From NCBI RefSeq assembly GCF_001194135.2, contig NC_068984.1, positions 76,345,448 through 76,409,447 of the forward strand: a stretch of DNA of 64,000 nt, read 5' to 3'. Position numbers and translations under genes: made by a program. Position 1 is the stretch's first letter. Each line of letters starts with the position of its first letter. The stretch comes from Octopus bimaculoides (lineage: Eukaryota). The notes beneath the pieces are model-generated. The model did no database searches and was not told where the DNA came from. It saw nothing but the letters and a program-made list of their open reading frames with translations. Shown in pieces: positions 48,400 through 60,260 of the stretch.

Positions 48400-48754
48400 G
48401 CTACATTGGCGTGTGATCTACAACTTCAAGGGCGATTACTTTAAGTTAGTTTTTAATTACTTTACATTGCAAAACTTCGGCTACCAAACTTATATGATCT
48501 ACGCGCCTATTTTAATTATTATATTGTTTATTCTCGGTTTCTTATTTACTAAGGCATAAATGAGACATGGTTTTATTATAAATAAAATAGTAAGAATTTT
48601 AAAAAAATACATTTACAATGCTAAGTATGTACAAAAGAATTTATTGTAAAAAGTCTGTAGCCAAAATGTAAAGTCATTTTAGAAATTGAAAAGTATACTA
48701 AAAAGTAACCTAAAGTAATTGCCCTTTAGGTTGTGGATCACACGCCAAAGTAGC
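48400..48754. mobile_element. Foldback/MITE-like element with ~65-100-bp imperfect inverted arms
   Basis: gctacattggcgtgtgatctacaacttcaagggcgattacttt versus reverse-complemented gctactttggcgtgtgatccacaacctaaagggcaattacttt. Confidence 0.7.
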
Positions 48755-50133
48755 ATCGGACTATGTGTAACAAATACTTCCACTAACTATAAACAATTAA
48801 ATTACCAAACGAGTGAGCTTCCGTGGGAGTCGTTAGATCTTTTAGAAATAGAAGCCAAATCTTCCTCAAATCATGCTTTACCGCTCTGAAAAAGTAAAGA
48901 TAGATTGATTAACGCGTTTATATATCAGAATGACACGCAAAAGCTGGTTGTCACTTCAAATTCGAATGAGAGATAGCTTCTGTCCTGGCTGTACACCTCT
49001 AAAAATAAATCTACCCACTTCTGGACGACAGTGGTGGTGACAACGTGTTGCTGTTAATTTATAACGTAAATTTTGCCTTCACATTTTAATCATTCAAGTA
49101 GAACACTAACTATATTTACTTCATCTACATGAAGTAAATATAGTTAGCGAAAGTTGGAAGTTTCTTTCAGTGTTAATTCAGTGCACCATTTCTCAAAACT
49201 CGCTGGACATTGCCGCCACTAACTAACCAATGGTTACTATCAACAATTTTTTCCGTAGTTGTAAGTATTCAGACGAATTCATAGTATACCTATATTAGCA
49301 CTTAATACTCCATACTAATTCTCACTGTCCCCCACACCGTATTGCAGCAAGCTCAAATTTAGGAATGACAATCTTCCACCAATTTGCAAGTCAATGAGTG
49401 GTAGCAGCAAAGAGGTTCGACAGGAAATAAGAGAATGACAAATGAAAGGATGGTAAATGACGCTGAACTATAGTAAAAAGGTTGAATCAGTATTTCCGTG
49501 ATTACAATAACTTAGAGGACGATCGAACTAGCAACTGTTAATTTACTGCCCATTTCGACGAAAAAAAAAAAAAACTTTCGATATTGTGTGTTGAAGTTAT
49601 TTCCCTTTAGATAGTGTCGAGTGTTAATAGTTATCTCCCTTCTATCAACTATGTGGAACCTGATGGAACGAACAAACCGATGGTTTATATTATTTTTACA
49701 TTCAATTCCAAAGAAAAGGAAGATTCCAGATGCGATATTCATGCTTTGTCACTTAATCATGAAATTTAACTACATTTTCTTACATGATAATTGATATTTA
49801 TTTTTTTATCGATTACGTTGTAACTTAAGGACTAAGTTGAGTTTGATACATTTGAATTAATATGAATTATAAGTAACTACCATTTCCGTGTCGTCAAAAT
49901 TGCCAATTTTATCAATGATAGAAAATGGCACATCAACACAATGGGAAAAAACCCATTAAAAAATGTCAGCAATCTAGTAAATATATGCACATACAAAGAA
50001 ATGAAGTACTTTAAAAAAATCAGATACGATTGTAACGTCTCGGCTGAAAACTTCGTCCACATGTATATATGTGCATATACACACAAACACATACATATAT
50101 GTACATATACATACATATATATATATATATATA

Positions 50134-50210
50134 TGTTAAAGAGGGCAACAAACGCTAAGGCAAGACAAACATCTCAAGTCTTGCCTTAGTGTTTGTTGTC
50201 CTCTTTAACA
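50134..50210. repeat. 33-bp stem / 11-nt loop hairpin
   Basis: 50134-50166 versus the reverse complement of 50178-50210: 31/33; both differences are G-U pairs on the + strand. Confidence 0.9.
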
Positions 50211-50529
50211 AATATATACCCATCTACAATGGTTCCATAAGTCCCATCTCTGCTATGAGCTTGAAACCCTGGTAATTTGTTACAGCAGTTACCCAGTGCA
50301 GCTAGTCGTTTAGATCACCTGTGAACTAAACCCCCATATTTTGTATGTATATATAAATATACATATATATATATATATATCTGTAAATATAATATGTAAC
50401 AATTATTTGGTAGCCATCACAAAACTCCAAGCTTTAGATGTCAGGGCGGAAACCCATGCTGACATCTCTTCAGTTATCGGGCCATCAAAAAAATGCATTT
50501 CATTCTTTTTGTTGTCTTACCATTTCTAT

Positions 50530-50575
<46 letters not shown>

Positions 50576-50639
50576 GCATTGGTATTGAAACGTTACTGTA
50601 CTAATTATCTTTAATAAAAAATAATTTATTTACCTAAGT

Positions 50640-50985
50640 TTTAACATCATCTTCGAAATAGTGCACAGCGATACACTGGTACCAACATTCCTCCCGCTTT
50701 TAGAATCCGGTCTGGAAGTCATTTTCCGTTAGTGAGTCGCTTGTGATCTGTGATTCACTTTTGATCTCGACAATAGTGTTAAAATGGCGACCTTTGAGCT
50801 GTCCACAGGCATTAAATCTGACGAATATAGCAGGTGCGGAAGCGATGCCATGTTGTTTTTGGTGAGAAACTCATGAGTGAAGACAGCTTGATGACAGGGT
50901 GCACTGTTGTCATGAAGAATCTAATTCTTCGTGCCCCACAGGTCCAATCACTTTTGCCGAATGTCCAGTTGCTTTAAAAATTAAT
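50640..50985 (-). mobile_element. mariner transposase C-terminal pseudogene fragment
   Basis: Minus strand ILHDNSAPCH...FLTKNNMASLPHLLYSSDLMPVD (HDNA / YSPDLAP motifs), then LKGRHFNTIVEIK...W...YFED; internal deletion and stop. Confidence 0.85.
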
Positions 50986-51059
50986 GCAATATTTTGAGCA
51001 TTTCTTGTGAATATTACATTAAGGATTTCTTTTCATTAATAATGATAATGATGATGATA

Positions 51060-51095
<36 letters not shown>

Positions 51096-51954
51096 AATAA
51101 TAATAATAATAATGCCCTGATGCAGTACAAGGTAGTGGCTTTCATGGCTTCTGACCTTAACTGATTGGAAGTGTTATCATGTACATTGTTTTGTCTTGGT
51201 GTAAAAGATTGGCTACAGCAAATATCCTGCTCAATACCACAGATTTGCTTGTCAGTTGTTTGACAAGTTGAGCATGTCTCTTAGTGGCTGACAATATGTG
51301 CATTTCTGATCGTGCGCAGAAGTAGTGGGGTAGCATCATAGCCATGTGTTGAAAGGATAATTCACCTCTGGAAACATGGGTGTTTTGTTCAACACCCTTA
51401 AACAACCTATATTCAGGGACGTTTTGAGTGGGATGGGCTAATCGACCTGTAGAAAATTCTAACTGGGCCCCACCTGCAAGGTCATGTGCTGTTTATCTTA
51501 TGAGATCACCGTGTCGCGCACATATGGTTATGATGCATGTGCCTGGTGTACCCTTTATATCCCCACTATATCAGAAATCTACAATGGTTCCATAAGTCCC
51601 ATCTCAGTTATCAGCTTGAAGCCCAGTTATGAGCTTGAAGACTTATGGAACCGTCTACAATGGTTCCATAAGTCCCATCTCAGTTATGAGCTTAAATCAA
51701 GCATGCACTGCATACAATTCGCTTTTTGAGTACGGCAACCAGTTTCCTGTAGTACAATAAAGATATGAGACAACTGGACGATACTAAATTTCTCAGGTTT
51801 CGTATCAGTGTATCCTATCTTTTAGTCCTTCCTAAAACAAAAGGATCCACAAGACAGAATGGGTTTTAATTCCTAGTTTTTTGTCTTCAAGATTGTTTCC
51901 AATAACACCACATCTAAGGAACCATGTTTACTTCTTTTGTAGATAATTGTTCTG

Positions 51955-52375
51955 AGAGATGGCTGTGTGGTGAGAAGTTTGCTTTGCAACATCATTCTGG
52001 GTTCAGTCCCACTGCATGGAATCTTTGCAAAGTATTTTCTACTATAGCTCTAGGCCAACCAAAGCCAGTTGAGTAGATTTGGTAGATAGAAACTAAAAGA
52101 AGGTCATCATGTATGTTTGTGTGTATGTCTGTATGTGTGTGTGTGTCTGTATGTGTGTGTGTCTGTATGTGTGTGTGTCTTTGTCCCCTTCCACTGCTTG
52201 ACAACTAGTGTTGGTTTGATTACACTCCTATAACTTAGTGGTCTGACAAAAGAAACTGATATAATAAGTACCAGGCTTAAAAAAATAAAAGTACTATGGT
52301 CAATTTGTCCGACTAAAACCCTTCAAGGCAGTGTTCCAGCATGGCAACAGTCTAATGATTGAAACAAGAGAAAGA
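51955..52375 (+). mobile_element. SINE family A, diverged copy
   Basis: tggctgtgtggtgagaagtttg head to tgaaacaagagaaaga tail. Confidence 0.8.
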
Positions 52376-53986
52376 AAAAAATAATAACTACCATGTCTAA
52401 GAAGGCACATTTGCCCCTTTTCTAGGTAAAAGTTATGACAGGAACTAGGATTCTATCACACCCTAATTAGTCTTAGTGTGCTCATTCACAATCTTGAGTA
52501 AGGTGGCAAGCTGGTAGAAAGATTAGCACACCAGGCGAAATGCTTAGCAATATTTCTTCTGTCTTTACATTCTGAGTTCAAATTCCACCGAAGTCAGCTT
52601 TGCTTTTCATCCTTTCGGGGTTGATAAATTAAGTACCAGTTGGGGTCAATCTAATTGACTGGCCCCCTCCCAAAACATTTCGTGCTTTGTGCCCAGAGTA
52701 GAAAAGATTCACAATCATGAATATTTCAATATCATTGTATATTATTGATAGATAGCCATCAACTCTATGTTGGATTCATCCCAAATGAAGAAGGATGGTG
52801 CACTGAATTGAAATTGGTTTGTAGACATAAGGCAGTCTGTTTCAATGTCCTTATACAACATTAGTAGAATTCTAGGGGTGTCAAGAAGTTTTGGAGCATG
52901 ATAATTTTGTACTGTTTTCAGATGGTTGTATTAATGATACTCAGAGGTTTGTGGCTTGTTCTAGTTGGAACAACCTTATTCAAAAAATAGGTTGCCCTGA
53001 TAAATAAATCACTTTTAATAGTGATCATAGATCTACATAGGGTTGAGATAAAACAAACATTGATTGTTGTTGTTTAGCCCTAGGTCAACCTTGATAAAAC
53101 AGACATTCCAGCCACTGTTATCACCCCCACCATTTTTAGGCATGGTGTATCTAAGACTACATTTTGCAATGTGTCCTTTTTTTAAGGTATTGGAGTATGG
53201 ATTGAAGAAGATTTTGGTTGTCATTTCTAACAAACTGAGTGACTGCATAGAAGCTCTTTTGTTGGGTTGTATTTATTTGGTTATTCTCAGCTGGTGGTTG
53301 GTAATTTAACAATGAGCATGTGGCATAAATTATGTCATACAGCAAAAGGGATTAATTCTGCATAGAAAAGAATACTTAGTGCAGCTGTGATATTGGGATT
53401 AAAATCGTAAAAGAAAGAAAGAGAGAGAGAGTGTGCTGTGCTTGGTGATTGTGAGATTGTAATTTCAATGTGCTAATATCTAAGAGCTTATTCCTGCTGT
53501 CATATAGTGGTAAGCTCCTAGAAAGCTGAGTTTGTGATACAGCTTCAGTTCTAGACTAAACCAATATCTCTCTCTCTCTCTCTCTCACTTTTTCTTGTCT
53601 CTTGTCCAAATTATTAACAAGTCTCACAATGTCTTTCTCTCATTCCTTGGGAAGTGTCACAAGCGAAAACAGAGTCAAACTTTGGTAACCTGATGTTGCT
53701 TTATATCTTTTAATCTCGTCTGCTCTTAGATTGGTTTTTAACATTGTTGCAAGATAATGTGATTTTGTGGGAAAATCATCCTAATTACTTATCTAGTACT
53801 AATTACATAGATTAAAGAAAAAAGAAAAATAAGGCAAATTCAGTTACAGTGTGAGTTGAACTCAGCTGTAAGATTAAAATTGGCATAGGTATGGTCTTAT
53901 TAATAATTCTGCTTTTGAAATTATATGGTTTTGGATTCAATTCCTCTGCATGATATCTTGAGCAAGTGTCTTATTTATTTTTTTTA

Positions 53987-54258
53987 TCTTTCTCTTGTTT
54001 CAATCATTAGACTGTTGCCATGCTGGAGCACTGCCTTGAAGAGTTTTAATCGGACAAATTGACCACAGTACTTTTATTTTTTTTAAGCCTGGTACTTATT
54101 ATATCAGAGGGGTGTAAACAAACCAACACCGGTTGTCAAGCAGTGGAAGGGGACAAAGACACACACATATACAAACACACACACATACAGACACACACAC
54201 ATACAGACATAAACACAAACATACATGATGGCCTTCTTTTAGTTTCTATCTACCAAAT
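53987..54258 (-). mobile_element. Inverted duplicate of the 3' two-thirds of SINE 51955-52375
   Basis: Shares private substitutions with the 52077-52375 segment; lacks an internal block of about 25-30 bp. Confidence 0.8.
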
Positions 54259-54494
54259 GTATGAAGTTTGGTAGATGGAAACTGGATGGGAGTCTGCAGG
54301 AGGGACCATTCCTGGTTTCTGGGTGGTAAACTTATCTGTTTTCTCCATTTACTATTGCCATCTGACACTTAGCTGAGTTCACTCTGCTGCAAGAATAATG
54401 CAGGCCAAGTCTTCAGTTTGAGATTTATTTCCACCAACCACTCTCAGTGACTCTGAAAAGTATCACAGACACCACCAGGCCTACACAACTATGA

Positions 54495-55491
54495 ATTTTC
54501 TTCCTCGATGCTCCTGGAGGGACAGGAAAAACATTTCTTACAAAGCTTCTCCCTGCAGAAGTTAGGCAGCATCAGGACATTGCAGTAGCTGTAGCCTCCT
54601 CTGGGATTGCAGCTACTTTGTTACCCGGCAGCAGGACAGCACACTCGACTTTTAAACTCCCTCTCAATTTAGCAACATCCGACATGCCTTCATGCAACAT
54701 CAACAAAAGCTCAGATCAGGGGCAGGTACTTCAAAGGTGTCATCTAATTGTCTGGGATGAGTGCACCATGGCTCACAAGGGAGCTTTGGAAGCACTAGAT
54801 AGAGACCTGAGAGACATCCGAGACTGTCAGGCTCCAATTGGAGGTGTAACGCTTCTGCTGTCAGGTAATTTCAGGAAAACTCTTCCTGTCATTCCAAAAG
54901 GCACTAGAGCAGATGAGGTCCATGCATGCCTAAAGTCCTCAACCTTGTGGTATCATGTTACCATCCTCAGTCTTACCACTAACATGGGAGCTCAGCTGCA
55001 CAGCGACCAAATGTCCACAAAATTTGCACAAGACATTTTGACACTTGGTGATGGCAAGGTGCCTCTCGACGCTGCAGGACAAATGGAAGTGTGACCATTT
55101 TCCTCTGTTGTTAATTCTGTAGATTACCTCAAACACAAAGTCTTTCCCAGCTTCACAGAAAACAACAAAATCACAATTGGCCCTCAATAGGGGATGGGTG
55201 TCTTAACTTCCACATTTTAGAGCTCCATGACTTCCATTTTTCAGGAGCAAAATCCTTTTAACAGGTTCCATAAGACTGGAATTTTGGAATCTGTGCATAA
55301 AGATCAGTAGTATGGGATACATGTGTCATAATTAGAATTTTTTTACAGTATGTAAAGAGAGAAAGAACCCTCATCTGCAATTTTGATGAAATTCGAATCA
55401 TAGGTATTCCAGTTCATTACAGAAAATATAACAGAAAAGTCTAATTCTTCCTATTGCATGTAACATGGGCAATGCCGGGTATCTCTGCTAG
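54495..55491 (+). mobile_element. Internally deleted Helitron: PIF1-family helicase fragment plus 3' terminus
   Basis: Open frame 54495-55094: FFLDAPGGTGKTFL (Walker A), AVASSGIAATLL..RTAHSTFKLP, LIVWDECTM (Walker B), GGVTLLLSGNFRKTLPVIP. Degenerate hairpin and CTAG at 55488-55491. Confidence 0.88.
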
Positions 55492-56007
55492 TGTTTTTAT
55501 AAAATAATGATTCAGCAAAAGTTACTATAACAGTACAAGTATGTTTTAATGGCCACAATGGCTACAAACTGCTTCACTGTCAATATGATTTCAGATCAAT
55601 TTACTTGCCAAACTGTACAGCTTGCACACACACACACACACACACAGCGGGAGAGTTCAGATGCAGTGATTAAAAAAAAAGTGTTTGTACTTAGTGTTTA
55701 ATCAAGATTTCTATCAAGACAACATGGATTTGAATTGTTAGTATCATAAACCATGAGAGTTCATTCTCCTTTGAGTTGTAGAATTAGTCTTAGTAACCTT
55801 GCAGATGTTGAAGATGAAGTATCTTCAGAATTGTAAAAGAAGACTACTTTGTAGTGAGTTCTTGTTATCAGGCATTACATTTATTATTTGCTAATTGCTG
55901 CAGTATTGAGCTGTGCTCGTTCCATAACACTTATTAACAGACAAAGTGAACGGGCTGTCAGGGATTATGTATGTTGTGTACACTGTGCAGTGTCAATGGA
56001 GAATTAA

Positions 56008-56020
56008 AGGTCATTGACCT
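56008..56020. promoter_or_regulatory. Perfect IR1 nuclear-receptor response element AGGTCA-t-TGACCT
   Basis: Exact consensus palindrome in apparently unique sequence; function untested. Confidence 0.35.
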
Positions 56021-56074
56021 TCAGACAAGCAGTTTGATCAATGCTCCATCAGTTTATTTATCTGCATGTAGCTT

Positions 56075-56385
56075 AGTGTTTAGGATATTTGGCTTCTGAT
56101 CATAAAGTAGTGAGACTGATTTCCGCTAGTGTGCCATATCCTTTAGCAAGACACTTCATTTCACGTTGCTCCAGTCCACTCAGCTGGCAAAAATGAGTCA
56201 TACTCATAATTCAAAGGGCCACCCTTGTCACATTCTGTGTCATGCTGAATCTACCTGAGAACTATGTTAAGGGTATGTGTGTCTGTGGAGTGCTCAGCCA
56301 CTTGCACATTAATTTTACAAGAAAGCTGTTCCATTGATCAGATCAACTGGAACCCTCATCGTTGTAAAAGATGGAGTGCCAGTTT
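56075..56385 (+). mobile_element. SINE with the family D 3' tail and a different central domain
   Basis: aattcaaagggc...gtggagtgctcagccacttgcac...gatcaactggaaccctc shared with 14168-14560; centre is agcaagacacttcatttcacgttgctccagtccactcagctggc. Confidence 0.75.
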
Positions 56386-58179
56386 TTTTGATTAATCTAT
56401 ATCTAGAACAATGCAATAAACCTAATTCTTCAGATGTATTTTTTAAATATCCCTAATGCCACACTATGGATACAATTAAAGTTATAATTTTCCAGACAAT
56501 TAACCTTCATATTTACAGAGTTTATTTACATCAATGCTGTTTCAATCACTTAAATCTCTGGTTTCAGATGTATTTCTGTTACCTACTTCAAGACTGGATT
56601 TTCACTAGGAACCTTACGAAATTCATAATTTACCAATAAAAGTTTCTAGTTTAAATCCAGGTAAGAACTCTGTACAGATCCAAGAATAAGATATCTGATG
56701 ATAATTGACGAGCAAAGTGATCAAAGCACAAAATATATATCAAAATGTATTCTGAAAATGAAGTTGATATGAGAAGTTATAATCTTATTGATAGAGCAAG
56801 CTTTCTTAATAAAATGGTCATACTGGACAGTGTAATCTTAGAAAAACAAACAAGAAAAAGCAATGGTCATGGTTGGAAGACATTTGATCATACATCTGCT
56901 TGCTTAGGGCTGATCTAAGGTTAATCACCAACAATCTAATATGAAGGTGTATTGAGTACTTATACTTTCTGTCCTATAAAATAAAGGTATTCACACGTGT
57001 TTAGGCCATTACATTCTCTCTCTTTCATATACACATTTGAAAGTATAGTTATCAACATAAAACCACTCTCAAAGGACTTAAGATGGAGTTAGAGTTCAAA
57101 AATATTATTATGTATTAAATTTAAATAAATGTGATTTGCCATAGATAGCAATATATTTTACTCTATGAACTTTTCAAGTGTATTTATTTGAAAAGCTTGA
57201 ATAAAATGAAACACGGCCATTTGTAATGAATCACATTTATTTTAATATGATACATATCATCATTTAATGTTCATTTTCCATGCTGGTATAAATTGGAAGA
57301 TTGGATAGGTGCTGGTGAGTCCCAGGACTGTATCAGCTTGGCATGGTTTCTATTGATGGATGTCCTTCCTAATGACAACCACTTTACCGTGTGTGCTAGA
57401 TGCACTAGGAAGGTTGCCAAATAACTTGAAAGCCAAGAAAAGAATAGGAAAAAGGATAAAAGTCCTTTTGACAAGTATTTGAGAGTGGGGGTAGGCCAGT
57501 AGTTTTATGCCAGGTGTTGAGAGGCTAAAGTATGACAGAAGGACAAGCATAGGTGTCTTGCTATAGAGGAGATGAAACAAGGTTACCCTGCATTTTATAA
57601 GAGTGGGCAAGAGTAGCTGGAAAGACGGTAGAGATAGTGGTAATGAGATGTCAGACTATCTCAACATGTATTTATACATACACACAAACACACATGCATA
57701 TAAAATACACCACACATACACACACGTTTATGGATAATTATACAGTTTTTATCTTGAACTTTATTACATTTCAATTTCTTCAACTTTATTAACATGTAGG
57801 TTAAGTGAAGTATCAGAAGGCACTCTATATTGCAAGAGTTACTGAAGAGAGAGAAAAAAACCCCCAAAATTTTACCTGAGCTTCAGAGGGCAACATTCAG
57901 TTAAAATGGTGTTGATACATCAAATACCTCAACAATATAATGTTTTAGCTTTACTGCAAAGTTTTGAGGCAGTCGATACCTTTCATTTGCAATGTTTTGT
58001 TCATAATTTAGCATTAATAACAGAAAAAAAGAAATCTCTTTGTTTCTTATGCAATTAGACTCCAATAAGAAATTAATACAAATTATTTCCAGTTATGTAA
58101 GCATGAACAAATTGTGTTCTCATTGAAAATAAAATGCTAATAGTAATAATGATAATTTCTTTCTTCTATAGGCATTTGG

Positions 58180-60260
58180 TGGTGGTGGTGGTAACATGGT
58201 TAGTTGATTACATCTCATACTTATTTTATTGACCCTCCAGGATTTGAAAAAATAATGCAAAGCAGTTTATCTGACACTAATGATTCTGACAGTTTACTGC
58301 CTTCCACTACAATTAATGCTAACAGTTTCTTAGGTGCAAAGCTAGCAAATTTGATGGGGGGATGGTTTAGTCAAATATATTAAAACCAGCATTTGAGTGG
58401 TACTAGTTTTATTGATGATGAAAGGTAAAACTGGCCTTAGTGGCACTTGAACATAAAATGTAAAGAGACTCAACTAATACAGCAAGTCATTTTGTCCAAA
58501 ACTAAGCTCTAATAGTAATACTTTCTTATATAAGTACACAACCATAAATTCTGGGGTAGGAGGCACTCGATTAAATTCATTCCAGTACTCACTGCACCTT
58601 ATTTTATCAACCTTAGAAGGAAAATTAAAATACCAGACAATAAATAATAAATATAAGCAGATAATATAAACTGATTAGTGATGATGGCTACTTCACACAT
58701 TAGTCCTGATACATAGAATAATAGCTGCACATACAAAGCAGAAATATTATAAAGTAAACTTTTTTGAAAAAAAAAAAAAAAAAAAGAAAATTTTTTTTAG
58801 AAGATTGAGTTTATTGAAGAAAAAATATTAAAAAATACCAGCAAAGTCTTATGTTTGGTTTTCATAGAAGGAGTTGCAATATAGGAAGTACAGCTAGTAT
58901 CATAGCAGAAATTTTGACATCTGTATGCATTCTAAGTCTTGGAGGGAAATAATTCATTAGGATGATGAAATAAGTTGGAAAAAAAAAAAGCATTATCAGA
59001 ACAGTAGTGTCAGGATTTTGTGACTTTGCTTTGCTGGGTCGTTGGAGGTGTCTTGTCACAAGCCCAAATTGTTTTGCAAGGAACAGATCAAGCCAAACAG
59101 ACTGACTTCAATATATGGGCTATATCAGGATAGTGAGCTGGTAGAATAGTTAGCACGCTGGACAAAATATTTAGTAGCATTTCTTCTGGCTTTAGCTTCT
59201 GAGTTCAAATTCCACTGAGGCTCACTTTACTATTGATCCTTTTGGAGTTGATAAAATAAATTACCAGCTGAGCAGGATTGGACTCATCAAAATAATTATA
59301 TACTGCAATACATATGATCTGGTGTGCCATCATTTTATCTTATTTACAGCCCTCCCATAATACTAACTGCTTTTAAAATAGGCATAAGGCCAGAAAATTG
59401 TGAGAGAGGTTGGTTGATTAAACTAACCCAATACTCTGCTGGTATTTTATTTTACCAACCCTGGAGAGATGAAAGGTAAAGTTGATCTTCGCAGGATATG
59501 AATTCAGAATGTAAAAAGCTGAAACAAGTAGTTCTAAGCATTTTTATGATGCTCAAACAATTCTGCCAATCCAGTGACATTATTAATTATTTAGGCACAA
59601 GGCCAGCAATTTTGAAGGGAGGTGTTTGGTAATAATAAATATAGTTTCATTTATATTATATAAGGCAGCATATTGGCAGAACCATTAGCATGCTGGGTAA
59701 AATGCTTAGTGGCGCTTTGTCCATTTTTACGTTCTGAGTTCAAATTCTGCTGAGCTTGACTTTGTTTTCATCCTTTCAGGGTCAATAAATTAAGTACCAG
59801 TTGAATAATGGGGTCAATGTAACTGACTTACACACTCCCCCGTAATTGCTGGTCTTGTGCCAAAATTTGAGACCAATAATATTTGTATTATTATATTGAT
59901 AGTGATAATAAATATAATAATGGTTTTTAATTAAGGCACAAAGTCAGTGGTTTTGGGATGAGGAGGACTAGTCAGTAATAGTGAATGTAGCACTTGACTG
60001 GGTACTTTATCTTTGCTGACCCTGAGAGGAAGAATGGCTAAGTTGACCTCAGCAGGATTTGCACTTAGAATGTAAGACATGGAAGAAATATATACCATGA
60101 GACATTTTTTTCTAAAGCTCTAATGATTCTGTCAATCCACATAAATTCCAATTAGTAGAACAGATGATAAAAATCAACCTCAGCAGGATTGAACTCAGAA
60201 TGTATGCTGCAAGATATTTTGTCTGACATTCTAATCCTTCTGCCATTGTTCCACAAAACA
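58180..60260. mobile_element. Cluster of SINE family B copies in both orientations
   Basis: Plus copies at about 59130 and 59663; minus copies at about 58180-58620, 59380-59620 and 59930-60260. Confidence 0.65.

Larger units (their letters stand above)
47690..50900. promoter_or_regulatory. CpG-retaining region, candidate promoter / first-exon zone
   Basis: Dozens of CpG in largely non-coding AT-rich DNA versus very few in the NEF1-like introns; candidate donor gtt|gtaagt at 49261 and CCAAT at about 49227. Confidence 0.4.

Noticed and set aside
56690-56750. CUGAUGA followed by a possible stem and AAA
   Set aside because: It lacks the G of GAAA and any valid NUH cleavage site.
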